Part shown: positions 31,263 through 32,000 of the stretch, in pieces
How positions within the stretch are numbered: position 1 is the stretch's first letter
How the letters are laid out: the number at the start of each line of letters is the position of its first letter
Source: Methylorubrum extorquens
GTDB taxonomy: Bacteria; Pseudomonadota; Alphaproteobacteria; Rhizobiales; Beijerinckiaceae
NCBI GenBank assembly: GCA_900234795.1
Contig: LT962688.1
Location: 450,001 to 482,000, forward strand
Direction of reading: 5' to 3'
Length of the DNA: 32,000 nt
Made by a program: the position numbers and the translations under genes
Notes under the pieces: generated by a model
What the model was told of the DNA's origin: nothing
The model's input: only the letters and a program-made list of their open reading frames with translations
Database searches by the model: none

Positions 31263-31565
31263 CGGGGGCCGATCTTAGACATGCTGCCAGCATCCGTCCC
31301 GCCCAGGCAACGCCGTGGCTGTGGGTCGGTTCGAGGGCCAGAAGGGAGCCGAGGCTGAGCCTCAAGGCTGTAGGCGGAAGGACGGCACAGAGGCTGGCGC
31401 ATCAACGAGACAGAAGCTGCTCGTCGAAGGGATGACTTGCGAGGCCATCCACGTCCTTCCGCCCAAGATCTATAGTAGGCGAACGGTTGACGAAACGATA
31501 ACGCCCGGCGGCAATGAAGCCCCGGGCGCGCGTCTCGCGACACTGATCAGATGCAGGGTTTCGCC

Positions 31566-32000
31566 TCAGGGGTCAACCCGTGCCGCGGTCCGTTCGTACA
31601 CGCCGACCATGTCATACACGTCCGGGCTATCTTCAGGGAATATCTTAGCAAGGGACAGCGCACTCCGCGTAGCCTCACCGAGGGCAAATTTCTCTATCTC
31701 GATGCACTCGCGTCGAGACCAGGGCAGCAAATGAACAGAAAGCGCATAAAGCCGAGCAGCGTCTACAATTGCGAGCACTACTCGATCGTTAGGAATTCGT
31801 TCGACATTGCCACCACTTATGCGCTTCCGGATAATTCTCAGCCTTGCCTCATGAACCTGGGACCAAGAGAGCAGTTCAGCGAGAAATTCTGCCTGCGGAC
31901 GATCGACAGCAACTAGTGCGTTTTTTATCTCTGCGATTGCATCGTTCGGTCGCTCTGGCGTCGCAGGGTATTCAGATCTGTTAAGTCGATCATAGACACC
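31566..32000 (-). CDS. Partial CDS (5' end beyond window end): hypothetical helical protein, lower GC
   Basis: Track ORF 31566..31778 is only the tail of this gene. The same frame stays open from 32000 down with no stop (GVYDRLNRSEYPATPERPNDAIAEIKNALVAVDRPQAEFLAELLSWSQVHEARLRIIRKRISGGNVERIPNDRVVLAIVD...). Confidence 0.5.
   Translation of the reverse strand, partial: GVYDRLNRSEYPATPERPNDAIAEIKNALVAVDRPQAEFLAELLSWSQVHEARLRIIRKRISGGNVERIPNDRVVLAIVDAARLYALSVHLLPWSRRECIEIEKFALGEATRSALSLAKIFPEDSPDVYDMVGVYERTAARVDP

Noticed and set aside
31325-31350. A GGTTCGAGGG segment resembling a tRNA T-loop, considered as a possible tRNA or att remnant.
   Set aside because: The flanking bases do not form a T-stem, and no acceptor or anticodon arms could be built on either strand.
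31551-31916. A 121-aa plus-strand ORF at the right edge.
   Set aside because: It is antisense to a longer minus-strand frame that stays open to the window end and has a more protein-like, amphipathic helical translation.

Overview
This window is the late region of a high-GC prophage of alphaproteobacterial type (hand counts give about 70% GC in backbone stretches). Almost everything is transcribed on the minus strand. Reading right to left, the genes are:
- a Cre-like tyrosine recombinase with two small coupled ORFs, then a small exported protein
- a TerS-like protein, a PBSX-type TerL and a P22-like portal
- a low-GC insertion: a small membrane ORF, a 713-aa double-propeller FG-GAP/VCBS protein with its own sigma70-like promoter, and an IS630-family element with a TA duplication
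- a scaffold and a P22-coat-family major capsid
- five small or medium head-completion/tail proteins and a 473-aa gp10-sized protein
- three ejection/internal-virion type proteins, one with an SLT domain
- a separately punctuated, tightly packed block of fibre-like genes, whose first and last products carry Sec-type signal peptides
- a convergent plus-strand low-GC glycosyltransferase-discoidin fusion
- a five-gene lysis cassette ending in a strong terminator.

Both window edges carry partial lower-GC ORFs that the ORF track missed. Other points of note:
- The scaffold and capsid genes each carry a +1 frameshift in a homopolymer run.
- A 23-bp dyad motif occurs twice, each time ahead of a GC-rich hairpin that abuts the first gene of a late block.
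- A 73-aa module is shared between two fibre-region proteins.

No rRNA, tRNA or CRISPR array was seen. Most long plus-strand ORFs in the track are antisense shadows of GC-rich genes. All homology statements come from motif recognition by eye and need database confirmation.
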